Notes under the pieces: model-generated
Told to the model about the DNA's origin: nothing
Seen by the model: only the letters and a program-made list of their open reading frames with translations
The model's database searches: none
In this document: positions 30,038 to 41,807 of the stretch, one piece after another
Numbering within the stretch: position 1 is the stretch's first letter
How the letters are laid out: the number at the start of each line of letters is the position of its first letter
Translations under genes and position numbers: made by a program
Assembly: GCA_017482685.1 (NCBI GenBank)
Contig: JAFUMP010000024.1
Location: forward strand, 38,946-102,945
DNA length: 64,000 nt
Direction: 5' to 3'
Source: a bacterium
GTDB taxonomy: Bacteria; Cyanobacteriota; Vampirovibrionia; Gastranaerophilales; Gastranaerophilaceae

Positions 30038-31105
30038 ATGAAACAGTTAGTCGATTTTAAAAAAGAAATTCATAAATGCTCTAAATGTGGCCTTTGTCAG
30101 GCAGAATGTCCTATCTATAAAATAACAGGAAATGATTGTTCTGTATCGAGAGGGCAATTTATTATGCTTAAAGGCTTTCTTAAAGGTGAATTAAAACTTA
30201 CAAAAACTATAAATCGTTATCTTGATTTATGTTTAAAATGTGGCGCTTGTACTAAGTTTTGTCCTTCTGGAATTGATGTTGTAGATATAATTATTGCAGC
30301 AAAATCTGAGTATTTTAAATTACATTTTTTTGAAAAAATAAAATCTTTTTTTCAAAAATATTTTGTATTTGGCTTTATTCCTAATATTGCAAAATTTTTC
30401 AGACCTAAAACAAAATCTAAAACATTTTCCAAAAAAATTCTATATTTTGGAGGTTGTGGAAGCAAATTCAAAAGCGACAAACCTGTTGTTAAAATTTTAA
30501 ATTCAATAGAAATTGAAGTGATAAATCCAGATTTTTCTTGTTGCGGAATCCCATATTTTTCAAGAGGTGATTTAAAAAGCTTTAATGACTCCATAAAAAA
30601 ATATATAAAAATCTTAAAAAAATATGAAATTAATAAAGTTGTTACAACTTGTGCTAGCTGTGAAAAATCTTTAAAAGATTATGTTAAATGGGCAGAAACT
30701 TCTGATAGAGAGTTTTTAAAGACAATACAAGTTAAAAATATTTATGAGTATTTAAAAGAATCTCAAGTAAAATTAAAATTAAAAATGCCGACAAAAATCA
30801 CATACCACAAACCTTGTAATATTAATAATTGGAAAGATATTGAATGGCTACTAAAAAATACAGAAAATTTAGAATATATAGAAATGAAAGATTTTGACAA
30901 ATGTTGTGGTCTAAATGGAATTTCTAAAATCAAAGAATTTAAGATTTTATCCCAATTATTTAAAGAAAAACAAAAAAACATAATAAATACACATTCAAAA
31001 AGAGTTTTAACATCTTGTCTTGGGTGTGAAATAGCTCTTAAAGCTTATTCATTTGGACACTATAAAACGCAAGATTTGCTTGACTTTATATCCAATAGAA
31101 TTTAA
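30038..31105 (+). CDS. GlcF-like Fe-S protein with cysteine-rich (CCG) domains
   Basis: Two CxxCxxCxxxCP motifs and two CCG motifs. Confidence 0.85.
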   Translation: MKQLVDFKKEIHKCSKCGLCQAECPIYKITGNDCSVSRGQFIMLKGFLKGELKLTKTINRYLDLCLKCGACTKFCPSGIDVVDIIIAAKSEYFKLHFFEKIKSFFQKYFVFGFIPNIAKFFRPKTKSKTFSKKILYFGGCGSKFKSDKPVVKILNSIEIEVINPDFSCCGIPYFSRGDLKSFNDSIKKYIKILKKYEINKVVTTCASCEKSLKDYVKWAETSDREFLKTIQVKNIYEYLKESQVKLKLKMPTKITYHKPCNINNWKDIEWLLKNTENLEYIEMKDFDKCCGLNGISKIKEFKILSQLFKEKQKNIINTHSKRVLTSCLGCEIALKAYSFGHYKTQDLLDFISNRI

Positions 31106-31200
31106 TATCTAGACCAAATGGTCAATACAAAATTCAATCTCTTGATTGATGTCAAGCACATGTCAAACATGTACTATATAGTCAAGGGAGAGAGAGTTTT

Positions 31201-32265
31201 ATGAAAAGAGTATTGTTGTTATGTTCTATAATATTTTCGACATTATCAACTTTTGCAAGTGAAAATGTCTTACAATCTATAGAAATTGAACCTGTTAAAG
31301 ATACATATAATATTGTTTTAGTATCTGATAAGGCCGTTGATGTTAAAAAGACTATTCAAAGCTCAAATAAAATAACTTTGACAATGAAAGATATAAGAGC
31401 ATCAAAAACGCTAAATACAATTTATAACAATGTATCAAGCGTTGATAGTGTAATGGTAGAACCACAAGGTAATGGACTTAAAATTTTCTTACAAGCTGAT
31501 AATGCTGCAGCGTCTACAGTAACTTTTGATGCTTTAATAGCTTCAGCTCCTGTTAAGACTTCTACACAAAGCTTGAAATTAAACAATCCAATTGAAAGCT
31601 ATGCGCCAATTTATAAAGAATCTTATGAAGATGTAAAAACTTCAAAACTTTTTGATAAATTAAAAGCATCTTCAACAGTTGCTGACATTAGAGATTCAAT
31701 TGATGAAGATACTGTTTCAGAAGTAGCAAACAAATCTGTTTCATTTGGACTATTAGGTTTATTAGCATTTGCAGTAATAAAATTATTTAGACGCAGAGAA
31801 CCTGAGATGAAAATTGGATTATCTCAATCACTTACAGATAGAGAGATCAGCCTACATAAAAATTCTCCAGCTATGCAGCCACAAGTTTTTGGAGCAGAAC
31901 GACCATTCACCAGTGTTAATTATGGTATTAATGCTTATCAAAAAGAGAACAGAAACCCTTATGAAACAACACCTGCACAATTACATAATCCAAGATTAAG
32001 AAATTATCAAGCTGTGCAAACTCACGAGGAATATGTTCAACAGCCTAGCTTTACTAAACCAATACAAACACAAGCTACAGTAGCAGCAGTAAAGCCACAA
32101 GTTAAAAAAATGACAACACCTGTGAATTCTGCTCCTGTAAATCAATCCAATCCAAACATTGATAATTTAAAATTCTTAGAATCAATGACAGCTATTTATG
32201 AAAAAAGTGGTCGCCACGACTTAGCAAGAGGGCTAAAAGCTAGTTTAAACAAAAATATTAAATAA
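31201..32265 (+). CDS. Exported/membrane-anchored hypothetical protein (AMIN-like N-terminus)
   Basis: Signal peptide, beta-rich N-terminal domain, internal TM segment and low-complexity tail. Confidence 0.6.
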   Translation: MKRVLLLCSIIFSTLSTFASENVLQSIEIEPVKDTYNIVLVSDKAVDVKKTIQSSNKITLTMKDIRASKTLNTIYNNVSSVDSVMVEPQGNGLKIFLQADNAAASTVTFDALIASAPVKTSTQSLKLNNPIESYAPIYKESYEDVKTSKLFDKLKASSTVADIRDSIDEDTVSEVANKSVSFGLLGLLAFAVIKLFRRREPEMKIGLSQSLTDREISLHKNSPAMQPQVFGAERPFTSVNYGINAYQKENRNPYETTPAQLHNPRLRNYQAVQTHEEYVQQPSFTKPIQTQATVAAVKPQVKKMTTPVNSAPVNQSNPNIDNLKFLESMTAIYEKSGRHDLARGLKASLNKNIK

Positions 32266-32343
32266 ACACACAACAATCTTTTTATAAAACTATACTATTT
32301 AATGGTACTTTACGCACACACAGTAAGTACCTTTTTATTTTAA

Positions 32344-32805
32344 TTACATAAAGAGTATTATGGGTATCTTTTTATGTTAGAAATGAAGATTTTAAAATTT
32401 AATTTGGGACTTTCTTTTTCTTTGCTTGCGAGGTAAAGAAAAAGAAAGTCCCCCAAAGAAAAAGAAACCACGCTACTTTCCTACGCCCTTCGGGCGTTTA
32501 AATTAAATTGATGTTACGGGCAAGCCCGTACTTTTTAGCCTCGCAAACTTGCACTACGTGCTTCAAACAGTGCTCGGCAAAATGTATCGCGAGCGTCAAA
32601 CGTAACGTAGTGAAGTGACTAGCGAGCGTAAGAGATTCGGCATAAGCCGAACAAATCTGAACGGCTGAGCGTAGCGAAGACGTAGAAATAATGCGTTTTT
32701 TCTTTATTTTCTTTGGTACTTTCTTTTGTTTTCTTTTCTCGCAAAAAAAGAAACAAAAGAAAGTACATATAAATAAATCAAATACCCATAATACTCTTTA
32801 TGTAA
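32344..32805. mobile_element. MITE-like palindromic element with 24-bp terminal inverted repeats
   Basis: TTACATAAAGAGTATTATGGGTAT (32344-32367) and its exact reverse complement (32782-32805). Internal hairpins, no ORF. Confidence 0.65.
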
Positions 32806-32824
32806 ATTAAATAAAATATTTAAT

Positions 32825-32850
32825 TTGAGCATGAATGATATCATGCTCAA
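32825..32850. promoter_or_regulatory. Palindrome upstream of pckA (possible operator)
   Basis: TTGAGCATGA-N6-TCATGCTCAA, with TATAAT at 32898. Confidence 0.4.
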
Positions 32851-32951
32851 TTAGCATGCGCTATATAGCGTTTGTATGATTGATTTATAAAAGTGTTTAT
32901 AATACAATAAATTTGTATAGGAAAGCTTTATTTAAAAGGAGGAAGCTATAA

Positions 32952-34550
32952 ATGGAAACTTACGGAATTGAAAAATTTGGCATTATTGGGCCAAAAGCTG
33001 TATACCGTAACCTAACTCCTGCTCAATTAACAGAAGCAGCATTAAGATTAGGCGAAGGTACATTAAGCAACACAGGTGCTTTAGTTGTAACAACTGGAAA
33101 ATACACTGGTCGTTCACCTAAAGATAAATTCATTGTTGACACTGAAACTATCCACAACGATATCGCTTGGGGTAAAGTAAACAGACCTATTAGCAGAGAA
33201 AAATTCAACGCTATTAAAGGTAAAATTGCATCATACTTACAAAATAGAGAAATCTTTATTTTTGATGGTTATGCTGGTGCTGATAAAAAATATCAACAAA
33301 AATTCAGAGTAATTAACGAATTAGCAAGCCAAAACTTGTTCATTCACCAATTATTAATCAGACCAACTGTAGAAGAATTAGCTAGCTACGGCGAAGCTGA
33401 TTACACAATCCTTTGTGCTCCAGGCTTCAAATGTGATCCAGAAGTTGATGGCGTAAACTCAGAAGCTTGTATTGCAATCGACTACGAAGCTAAAACAATC
33501 ATTATTTGTGGTTCTCAATATGCTGGTGAAATTAAAAAATCTGTATTCGCTACAATGAACTACGTTATGACAAAAATGAACGTATTACCTATGCACTGTT
33601 CAGCTAATATGGATCCTGAAACTAACGAAACAGCTGTATTCTTTGGTCTTTCAGGTACTGGTAAAACAACTTTATCAGCTGATCCAAACAGAAAACTAAT
33701 AGGTGATGACGAGCACGGTTGGTCACCTGATGGTGTATTCAACTTCGAAGGCGGATGCTACGCAAAATGTATTAACCTTACAGAAGAAAACGAACCAGAA
33801 ATCTTCAACGCTATTAAATTTGGTTCATTAGTAGAAAACGTAGTAATGGATCCTGAAACTCGTGAATTCGATTTCAATGATGGTTCATTAACAGAAAATA
33901 CTCGTGTTGGTTACCCAATTGATTACATCAACAACGCTCAAGTACCTTCTAAAGGTGGAATTCCAAAAGTTGTTGTATTCTTGACAGCTGACGCATTCGG
34001 CGTATTACCTCCAATCTCAAGATTAGACAAAAACGCTGCAATGTACCACTTTGTAACTGGCTTTACTTCTAAGTTAGCTGGTACTGAAAGAGGTATTACA
34101 GAGCCACAACCTACATTCTCAACATTATTCGGTGAACCATTCATGCCAATGGATGCTTCTGTATACGCTAAAATGTTAGGTGATAAATTAGATCAATACG
34201 GAACTAAAGTTTACTTAGTAAACACAGGTTGGGCTGGCGGAAGCGCTTCTATGGGTGCTAAACGTATGAAATTATCTTACACAAGAGCTATGGTTACAGC
34301 TGCATTAAATGGATCATTTGATTCAATCGAATTCAAACACCATGATGTGTTCAACGTAGATTATCCTACAAGCTGTCCAAATGTTCCAGCTGAAATGCTT
34401 GATGCTAGAGGAATGTGGGAAGATAAAGCAGCTTATGATGCTCAAGCTAACAAACTTGCTCAAATGTTCGCTGACAACTTTGCAGAAAAATATCCAAATA
34501 TGCCTGCAGAAATTGTTAACGCTGGCCCAAGAGCTGTTGCTAATGTATAG
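32952..34550 (+). CDS. pckA: Phosphoenolpyruvate carboxykinase (ATP)
   Basis: TGRSPKDK, YAGEIKK, GLSGTGKTTLS, LIGDDEHGW and NFEGGCYAK. Confidence 0.98.
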   Translation: METYGIEKFGIIGPKAVYRNLTPAQLTEAALRLGEGTLSNTGALVVTTGKYTGRSPKDKFIVDTETIHNDIAWGKVNRPISREKFNAIKGKIASYLQNREIFIFDGYAGADKKYQQKFRVINELASQNLFIHQLLIRPTVEELASYGEADYTILCAPGFKCDPEVDGVNSEACIAIDYEAKTIIICGSQYAGEIKKSVFATMNYVMTKMNVLPMHCSANMDPETNETAVFFGLSGTGKTTLSADPNRKLIGDDEHGWSPDGVFNFEGGCYAKCINLTEENEPEIFNAIKFGSLVENVVMDPETREFDFNDGSLTENTRVGYPIDYINNAQVPSKGGIPKVVVFLTADAFGVLPPISRLDKNAAMYHFVTGFTSKLAGTERGITEPQPTFSTLFGEPFMPMDASVYAKMLGDKLDQYGTKVYLVNTGWAGGSASMGAKRMKLSYTRAMVTAALNGSFDSIEFKHHDVFNVDYPTSCPNVPAEMLDARGMWEDKAAYDAQANKLAQMFADNFAEKYPNMPAEIVNAGPRAVANV

Positions 34551-34577
34551 TTTTTAATAAAAACTGTATAATATATT

Positions 34578-34617
34578 AAAAAAGGGGTGTCCAAAAACAT
34601 AGACACCCCTTTTTTTT
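34578..34617. terminator. Intrinsic terminator
   Basis: AAAAAAGGGGTGTC...GACACCCCTTTTTTTT. Confidence 0.85.
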
Positions 34618-34639
34618 ATTAACTAATTTTAATAAACAA

Positions 34640-34843
34640 TTACTCGTTATAACTAGGATTATTAAGAAATTCAAGATTATTAGTTGATTCATCACTAAAC
34701 AATTTATACTTTTCACCTTGATATTCAAAAATAACAAGTGCTTGTGCAGAGTCAGCACGTCTTGTAACTTGTGCCTGTCCATCTTTAACCGACATAGTGT
34801 CATTTGAAGCGCTTGAATAATTGACAATTGGAGATACTTCCAA
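34640..34843 (-). CDS. Hypothetical protein (start uncertain)
   Basis: 67-aa ORF with plausible composition. Confidence 0.35.
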   Translation of the reverse strand: MEVSPIVNYSSASNDTMSVKDGQAQVTRRADSAQALVIFEYQGEKYKLFSDESTNNLEFLNNPSYNE

Positions 34844-34889
34844 CAGTTTTACTCCGTTTGGAAATCCTGTGAATCAGAAACCTCTAATT

Positions 34890-35219
34890 CTACCATTTTC
34901 TACGTGGATTACCTAAGTTTCTCTCGCATTCCATACGTTTAAAAATAGATTCTAGTTCCGATGGATTTTTTCTTTTATATGGTCCTTCCTTCTCTTCTGC
35001 TGCAATTTCTAAAAATTCTGGTGAAGAAATAGCTCGCTCATATTCCAATTCTGACAAAGTTCTTTCATCACCATCACTGCAAGCATATAGTCGAAAAATG
35101 GAAATTAACTCATCAGTTCTTCGTCCATCAAAAAATCTTTCTGCTGCCTCTTTTGGAGTTAAAGGCCTGAACCGTGAAAATATTTCTTTTTTCGCTTTAT
35201 CAATTCCATCAAAACCCAT
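34890..35219 (-). CDS. Hypothetical protein
   Basis: 109-aa ORF with RBS AAAGGAG. Confidence 0.65.
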   Translation of the reverse strand: MGFDGIDKAKKEIFSRFRPLTPKEAAERFFDGRRTDELISIFRLYACSDGDERTLSELEYERAISSPEFLEIAAEEKEGPYKRKNPSELESIFKRMECERNLGNPRRKW

Positions 35220-35267
35220 AAAATACTCCTTTCTTTCAATGTTTATCTATGTTTTGATTTGTTTTGT

Positions 35268-35443
35268 AATGTAACATAATATACATTGTGTTACATTTTT
35301 TTTGTAATTGCCGTTATTAGTGACCTTTGGTAATTATGTTTTTTTGTATATTTCTCCTATTATAGCCAATATTATTATCTAAAATCTTTTATTAGCTTAA
35401 GTTTTGGAGCTAATGTAACACAATGTATATTGTGTTACATTAG
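35268..35443. repeat. Two ~30-bp palindromes (AATGTAAC...GTTACATT) in inverted orientation
   Basis: 35268-35297 and 35412-35441 are reverse complements of each other with one mismatch. Confidence 0.8.
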
Positions 35444-35725
35444 AATATAACGGCATATTTTTGAAAAACTTTAATATTTCTGGCTTATTTGTTACAAATG
35501 TTTACAACACATATCTAAACCCCAATAATAGTTTAATTTTATCCCTTCCCTGGATGGGGAAGGGTGCTACGCACATAGAAAATTTGAAGATTATTGCTTG
35601 ATTTTTAGCTTAAAGTGCGGGGCGGGATGGGGTGAATAGCTAGTTGTGTTTTATTTCTACCTCATTCCAACCTTCTCCTGCTAGGAGAAGGAGCTATTTT
35701 TTAACCACATTTGGAGTTAGAATTA

Positions 35726-35960
35726 CCAAACTTATCCCCTCTCCTTTTTTCAATCCGTCTTTGGAGCTTGGCTAAAAATGCCAAACTTATCCCCTCTCCT
35801 TTTTCAACCCATCTTTGGAGTTTAGCTAAAAATGCCAAACTTATCCCCTCTCCTTTTCAACCCATCTTTGGAGCTTAGCTAAAAATGCCAAACTTATCCC
35901 CTCTCCTTTTCAACCCATCTTTGGAGCTTGGCTAAAATGCCAAGCTTATCCCCTCTTCTT
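35726..35960. repeat. Tandem repeat, about 4.4 units of 52-55 bp
   Basis: Units beginning CCAA(A/G)CTTATCCCCTCT start at 35726, 35781, 35835, 35888 and 35940. Confidence 0.95.
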
Positions 35961-35995
35961 TGAGGAGAGGGTTAGGGTGAGGTGATGTCAAAATC

Positions 35996-36025
35996 TAACT
36001 CCTTCTCTAGATAGAGAAGGAGTTA
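35996..36025. terminator. Hairpin downstream of gyrB (terminator or REP-like)
   Basis: TAACTCCTTCTCTA-GA-TAGAGAAGGAGTTA. Confidence 0.6.
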
Positions 36026-36052
36026 AATTTCTAAAAATAGTTATTAATTATA

Positions 36053-38485
<2,433 letters not shown>

Positions 38486-38603
38486 TTATCCCCCTCGAAA
38501 TTTAAAATCCAGTTATATGAAAAATTATAGCACAAAAAGGTTTAAAAAGCACAAATATTTATTAATATCTCCGATTTTGCACTCTGTTTTTTAAATTTTA
38601 TAA

Positions 38604-38825
38604 TTATTCTTCTTTTTTCTTGATAAATGCAATTTCATAGCCTAAAATTTCAGCTATCATAAGGGCTTCGTTGTAAGTCAAAGAACCTCTGCGCAATTTA
38701 TGAGATAAAGAATCAGGTGCACATTTCTTGCCTGTTTTTTCCGTAATCATTGCTGCTAATTCTTTTAACTTTATATCCTCTTGAACTAAGAGTGTTTTTA
38801 TTTGTTCTTTAACTTGTAATTTCAT
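38604..38825 (-). CDS. Small Cro/XRE-like HTH regulator
   Basis: IKLKELAAMITE...SLSHKLRRGSLTYNEALMIAEILGYEI. Confidence 0.75.
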   Translation of the reverse strand: MKLQVKEQIKTLLVQEDIKLKELAAMITEKTGKKCAPDSLSHKLRRGSLTYNEALMIAEILGYEIAFIKKKEE

Positions 38826-38853
38826 ACACCAATTATACGTTTTTAACAATTAG

Positions 38854-38882
38854 TTGACAAATTTATCAATTATTGATAATAT
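38854..38882 (+). promoter_or_regulatory. Promoter with an overlapping palindromic operator
   Basis: TTGACA-N17-TAATAT containing TTATCAAT-T-ATTGATAA (38863-38879). Confidence 0.65.
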
Positions 38883-38955
38883 TCATGATGTTTAAGTCAT
38901 TTTCTTGAATTAAACATCAATGCGTTTTTTATAAATCTTAATAAAAGGAGAAGTT

Positions 38956-39183
38956 ATGGATAAAAAAGAGAAAGAAAAACTAAGTGGTTTAATAGAAAAT
39001 TTTACTGACGAATTTTGGACAATAGATTGTCTTATTAGGATGATAAAAGAAATAGTTACGAATGATAATTGGGAAATCAGAGAAGACGATGTGTATTATA
39101 TTGCAAAAGTCTTAGCTAAAACTTCAAATACACTTGCTGAACAAGTGAAAAATTTGCAATTACAATTACAGCTAAACAAATAG
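38956..39183 (+). CDS. Small hypothetical protein
   Basis: 75 aa, RBS AAAGGAG, divergent from the HTH gene. Confidence 0.7.
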   Translation: MDKKEKEKLSGLIENFTDEFWTIDCLIRMIKEIVTNDNWEIREDDVYYIAKVLAKTSNTLAEQVKNLQLQLQLNK

Positions 39184-39219
39184 GGTTGTATTTTTCTAAA
39201 AATCGGTTAAAATAAGAAT

Positions 39220-39312
39220 ACAGGCAAGGGTAGCGGAAATACCCTTACCCGTACCCTAATTAAAGGGTTTGGATCCAAAGAACTATTGATATTAATATCA
39301 GTAGTTCTTTTT
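39220..39312 (+). ncRNA. Putative antisense antitoxin RNA (type I TA)
   Basis: Promoter TTGTAT-N16-TAAAAT (39186-39213). Terminator AAAGAACTATTGATAT/ATATCAGTAGTTCTTTTT. Overlaps the small ORF on the opposite strand. Confidence 0.6.
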
Positions 39313-39331
39313 CGCTGATTTCAATTATCAT
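39260..39331 (-). CDS. Putative type I toxin peptide MIIEISEKELLILISIVLWIQTL (23 aa)
   Basis: Strong RBS AGAAAGGAGGT, one hydrophobic helix and an RBS-sequestering inverted repeat. Confidence 0.7.
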   Translation of the reverse strand: MIIEISEKELLILISIVLWIQTL

Positions 39332-39449
39332 TTATTACCTCCTTTCTGTCAGCGAAAATCAGCAAAATAATAATCAAAAATCTTTAGCCTGTATTCTATT
39401 TTGAATGTACAGGCTGAATAATAACATAAATTGGAAAATATATCAAATA

Positions 39450-41714
39450 TTAGTACAAGTATTCAGGTATCTCAAATACGCTTGTATCAGCACCTTTGTC
39501 TACAAATTTTAAATAATAATCTAGCGCAACTTCTTTTGAGTTTTCATAAAATTCTTGAGAAATTAATTCTCTATGCAATTCGGTTCTATCGCCGGAATAA
39601 TTACCTAGAACACGAGCAAATTCACTAATATTAGCTAAATCTTCACCGCCACCATAAGCTTTTGTCTTAGCATCTGTGCCTGACGGACGAATTTCAATAT
39701 ACTTATCAGTGAATTTAAGATAAGTTCCATCACCTACAAATTTTACATCAGTTAAATTCTCAAAAGATAGCTCTGCAAAAGCATTATGAAGCACTTTTTT
39801 AACAGAATCAATATTTGCTTTGCCTTCTCTTATTGCAATTGCTAAAGATAGATAGAACAAATCATTTTTAGTTCTTTGTTTTTCACCTTCAACTTTTGCT
39901 TGTTTCAACTTTTCAATATCAGGCTCTGATTCGTTGTAGTAAGAAATATCCTCACGAACATCATATTTAGCGATAATATTACATTCATTAAATATTTCTT
40001 CTAAATATTCAGATAATGTTTTATTATCTTCTTCCAATTTAGCAGCAAGAGCAGATGCTACAATAATAGCTTCTGTAGCACTCTTTTCACGCATAGCAAT
40101 AGCTTTTCTTCCGCTCAAAGATTCGATTAAATCTTCTGAGCCCATAATCATACCGCCGGATTCTTCGCCTGCAAATACTAAACGTGGTTGGACTCCAAGA
40201 TTAATTTCGTTCCCAAAAACATCATCAACTTTAACTTCATTCTTAGGATTTTCTCTCAGTTGAAGCTCAACTTTTTTCATAATATTAGCAATTTCTTTAA
40301 ATCCTACAGGAACATTTACGACTTTGATACCATAATGTTTTGCCCATTCATCCCAACTTAAAGCAGAAGCGGTTGTTTTAATCATGAATCTTGGATGATT
40401 CTTAAATTTGCCTTGCGCTTTTAATTGTTTTACACGATAATTCATAAGCATTAAGAATGCTTGGTTTGCAGTATAGACAGTTAAGACTCTATTTTCAGCA
40501 AGTTTTATGTAAGAAATACCAAAATCTTCTAGCATAGGAATAGCACCAGCTGTTTCAATTTGACAAACTGTTAGCCTATCGTGATCAGGGTCAGTAATTA
40601 AAACAACTGTTCCTAAAGGCTTATCAGCAAGTTTTTCTTCGTAATGCAATGATTCAATTACTGGGAAGAATTTTTCGCCATTTGGGCGTTTTGCTAAAAC
40701 AGTTGCATCTACCGAATAATCATAGAAAACTTTATTTCCTTTTGGATCAGTGTCATATTTCCCTATAGAATGGAAAAAAGGATCTTCTTCAATATTATTC
40801 CATTCGTATTTATCAGCGATTTCAAGTTTATCCAGAACTCTCGAAAGTGTTCTGTAAGCACATCCCCCAACACTTTCTATGAATAATTTATGTTCCATTT
40901 TTTTTACTGCATCAAGGTTTTGCGCCACACCAGATTTTAAGTATTCGACATATAAATCAATACCGTCATTTAAGCGTGACATAATTTCTTCATCAATAAG
41001 TGGATTATTTCTTGCTGCAATCTTAATTTCATAAGTTCCATATTTTTCTGCAATATCAAATATTTCTTGGATTTTATCAACAAATTCTAAAGATTCTTCA
41101 GGCAAATACTGACTTCCTTGTGAGTTTAAATCTTTTGTTGCCGTTTTTACTGAAATCCCATGGCTTGAAGTAATATATTCTCCGCCTACTAGATCAAGTT
41201 TAAACGCTAAAAAAGAAGCTAGCCAAATTGGAATAGTTTTTCTTTCGACTGAAGTAAGTGTTCTAATCCCTTGTGCTGCTTGAATACGAGCAATTGCATC
41301 AAGATATAATTCAGAATTATAACGAACTTCTGAGCCAACAAGTTTACGCACTTCTTTACCTTCGTATTTTTCTCGAGCAACAAGAGCCTTTGCTAAAGTT
41401 GCAAGCACAATTCCTACAAGATTAATAGGGAATCTTGTATCTTGAGGATAAAGAATATTTTGTGGGCCACGAATACCAGCTGTAGAAACTTTCGCTTCTT
41501 TAGCATATCCTGCAAACCAATCTAGAAGATTTAAGCCTTCCGGATTTTTTTCAGCATCATAAGCTTGCAAGTGTTCACGTTTAAGTGTAAACGTAAACTC
41601 ATTTTCGTTATCAAAATTCAATAAATTAGCATTTTTTATATAATCAGGTGTTTTTTCAAACACATTTTTAAACAATTCTTGTTCTAAAGCGCAAGTTGCT
41701 TCTCTCTTAGTCAT
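39450..41714 (-). CDS. Phosphoglucomutase/phosphomannomutase-family enzyme (long form)
   Basis: STAGIRG, ITSSH, DPDHDR, GEESGG and IRPSGT. Confidence 0.88.
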   Translation of the reverse strand: MTKREATCALEQELFKNVFEKTPDYIKNANLLNFDNENEFTFTLKREHLQAYDAEKNPEGLNLLDWFAGYAKEAKVSTAGIRGPQNILYPQDTRFPINLVGIVLATLAKALVAREKYEGKEVRKLVGSEVRYNSELYLDAIARIQAAQGIRTLTSVERKTIPIWLASFLAFKLDLVGGEYITSSHGISVKTATKDLNSQGSQYLPEESLEFVDKIQEIFDIAEKYGTYEIKIAARNNPLIDEEIMSRLNDGIDLYVEYLKSGVAQNLDAVKKMEHKLFIESVGGCAYRTLSRVLDKLEIADKYEWNNIEEDPFFHSIGKYDTDPKGNKVFYDYSVDATVLAKRPNGEKFFPVIESLHYEEKLADKPLGTVVLITDPDHDRLTVCQIETAGAIPMLEDFGISYIKLAENRVLTVYTANQAFLMLMNYRVKQLKAQGKFKNHPRFMIKTTASALSWDEWAKHYGIKVVNVPVGFKEIANIMKKVELQLRENPKNEVKVDDVFGNEINLGVQPRLVFAGEESGGMIMGSEDLIESLSGRKAIAMREKSATEAIIVASALAAKLEEDNKTLSEYLEEIFNECNIIAKYDVREDISYYNESEPDIEKLKQAKVEGEKQRTKNDLFYLSLAIAIREGKANIDSVKKVLHNAFAELSFENLTDVKFVGDGTYLKFTDKYIEIRPSGTDAKTKAYGGGEDLANISEFARVLGNYSGDRTELHRELISQEFYENSKEVALDYYLKFVDKGADTSVFEIPEYLY

Positions 41715-41807
41715 AATAATGGTCTCCTTGTAAATAAAATTAATTATAACATGAAAAGAGTTTTTACAATTACGTATACTTTAAAACATTTAGTTTCAGA
41801 TTAAATT

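Noticed and set aside
35726-35960. Possible CRISPR array
   Set aside because: Whole units are near-identical with no unique spacers, and there are no cas genes in the window. It is a tandem repeat.
35220-36050. Replication origin near gyrB
   Set aside because: There is no cluster of TTATCCACA DnaA boxes (TTATCCCCT in the repeat is only a two-mismatch lookalike) and no dnaA or dnaN nearby.
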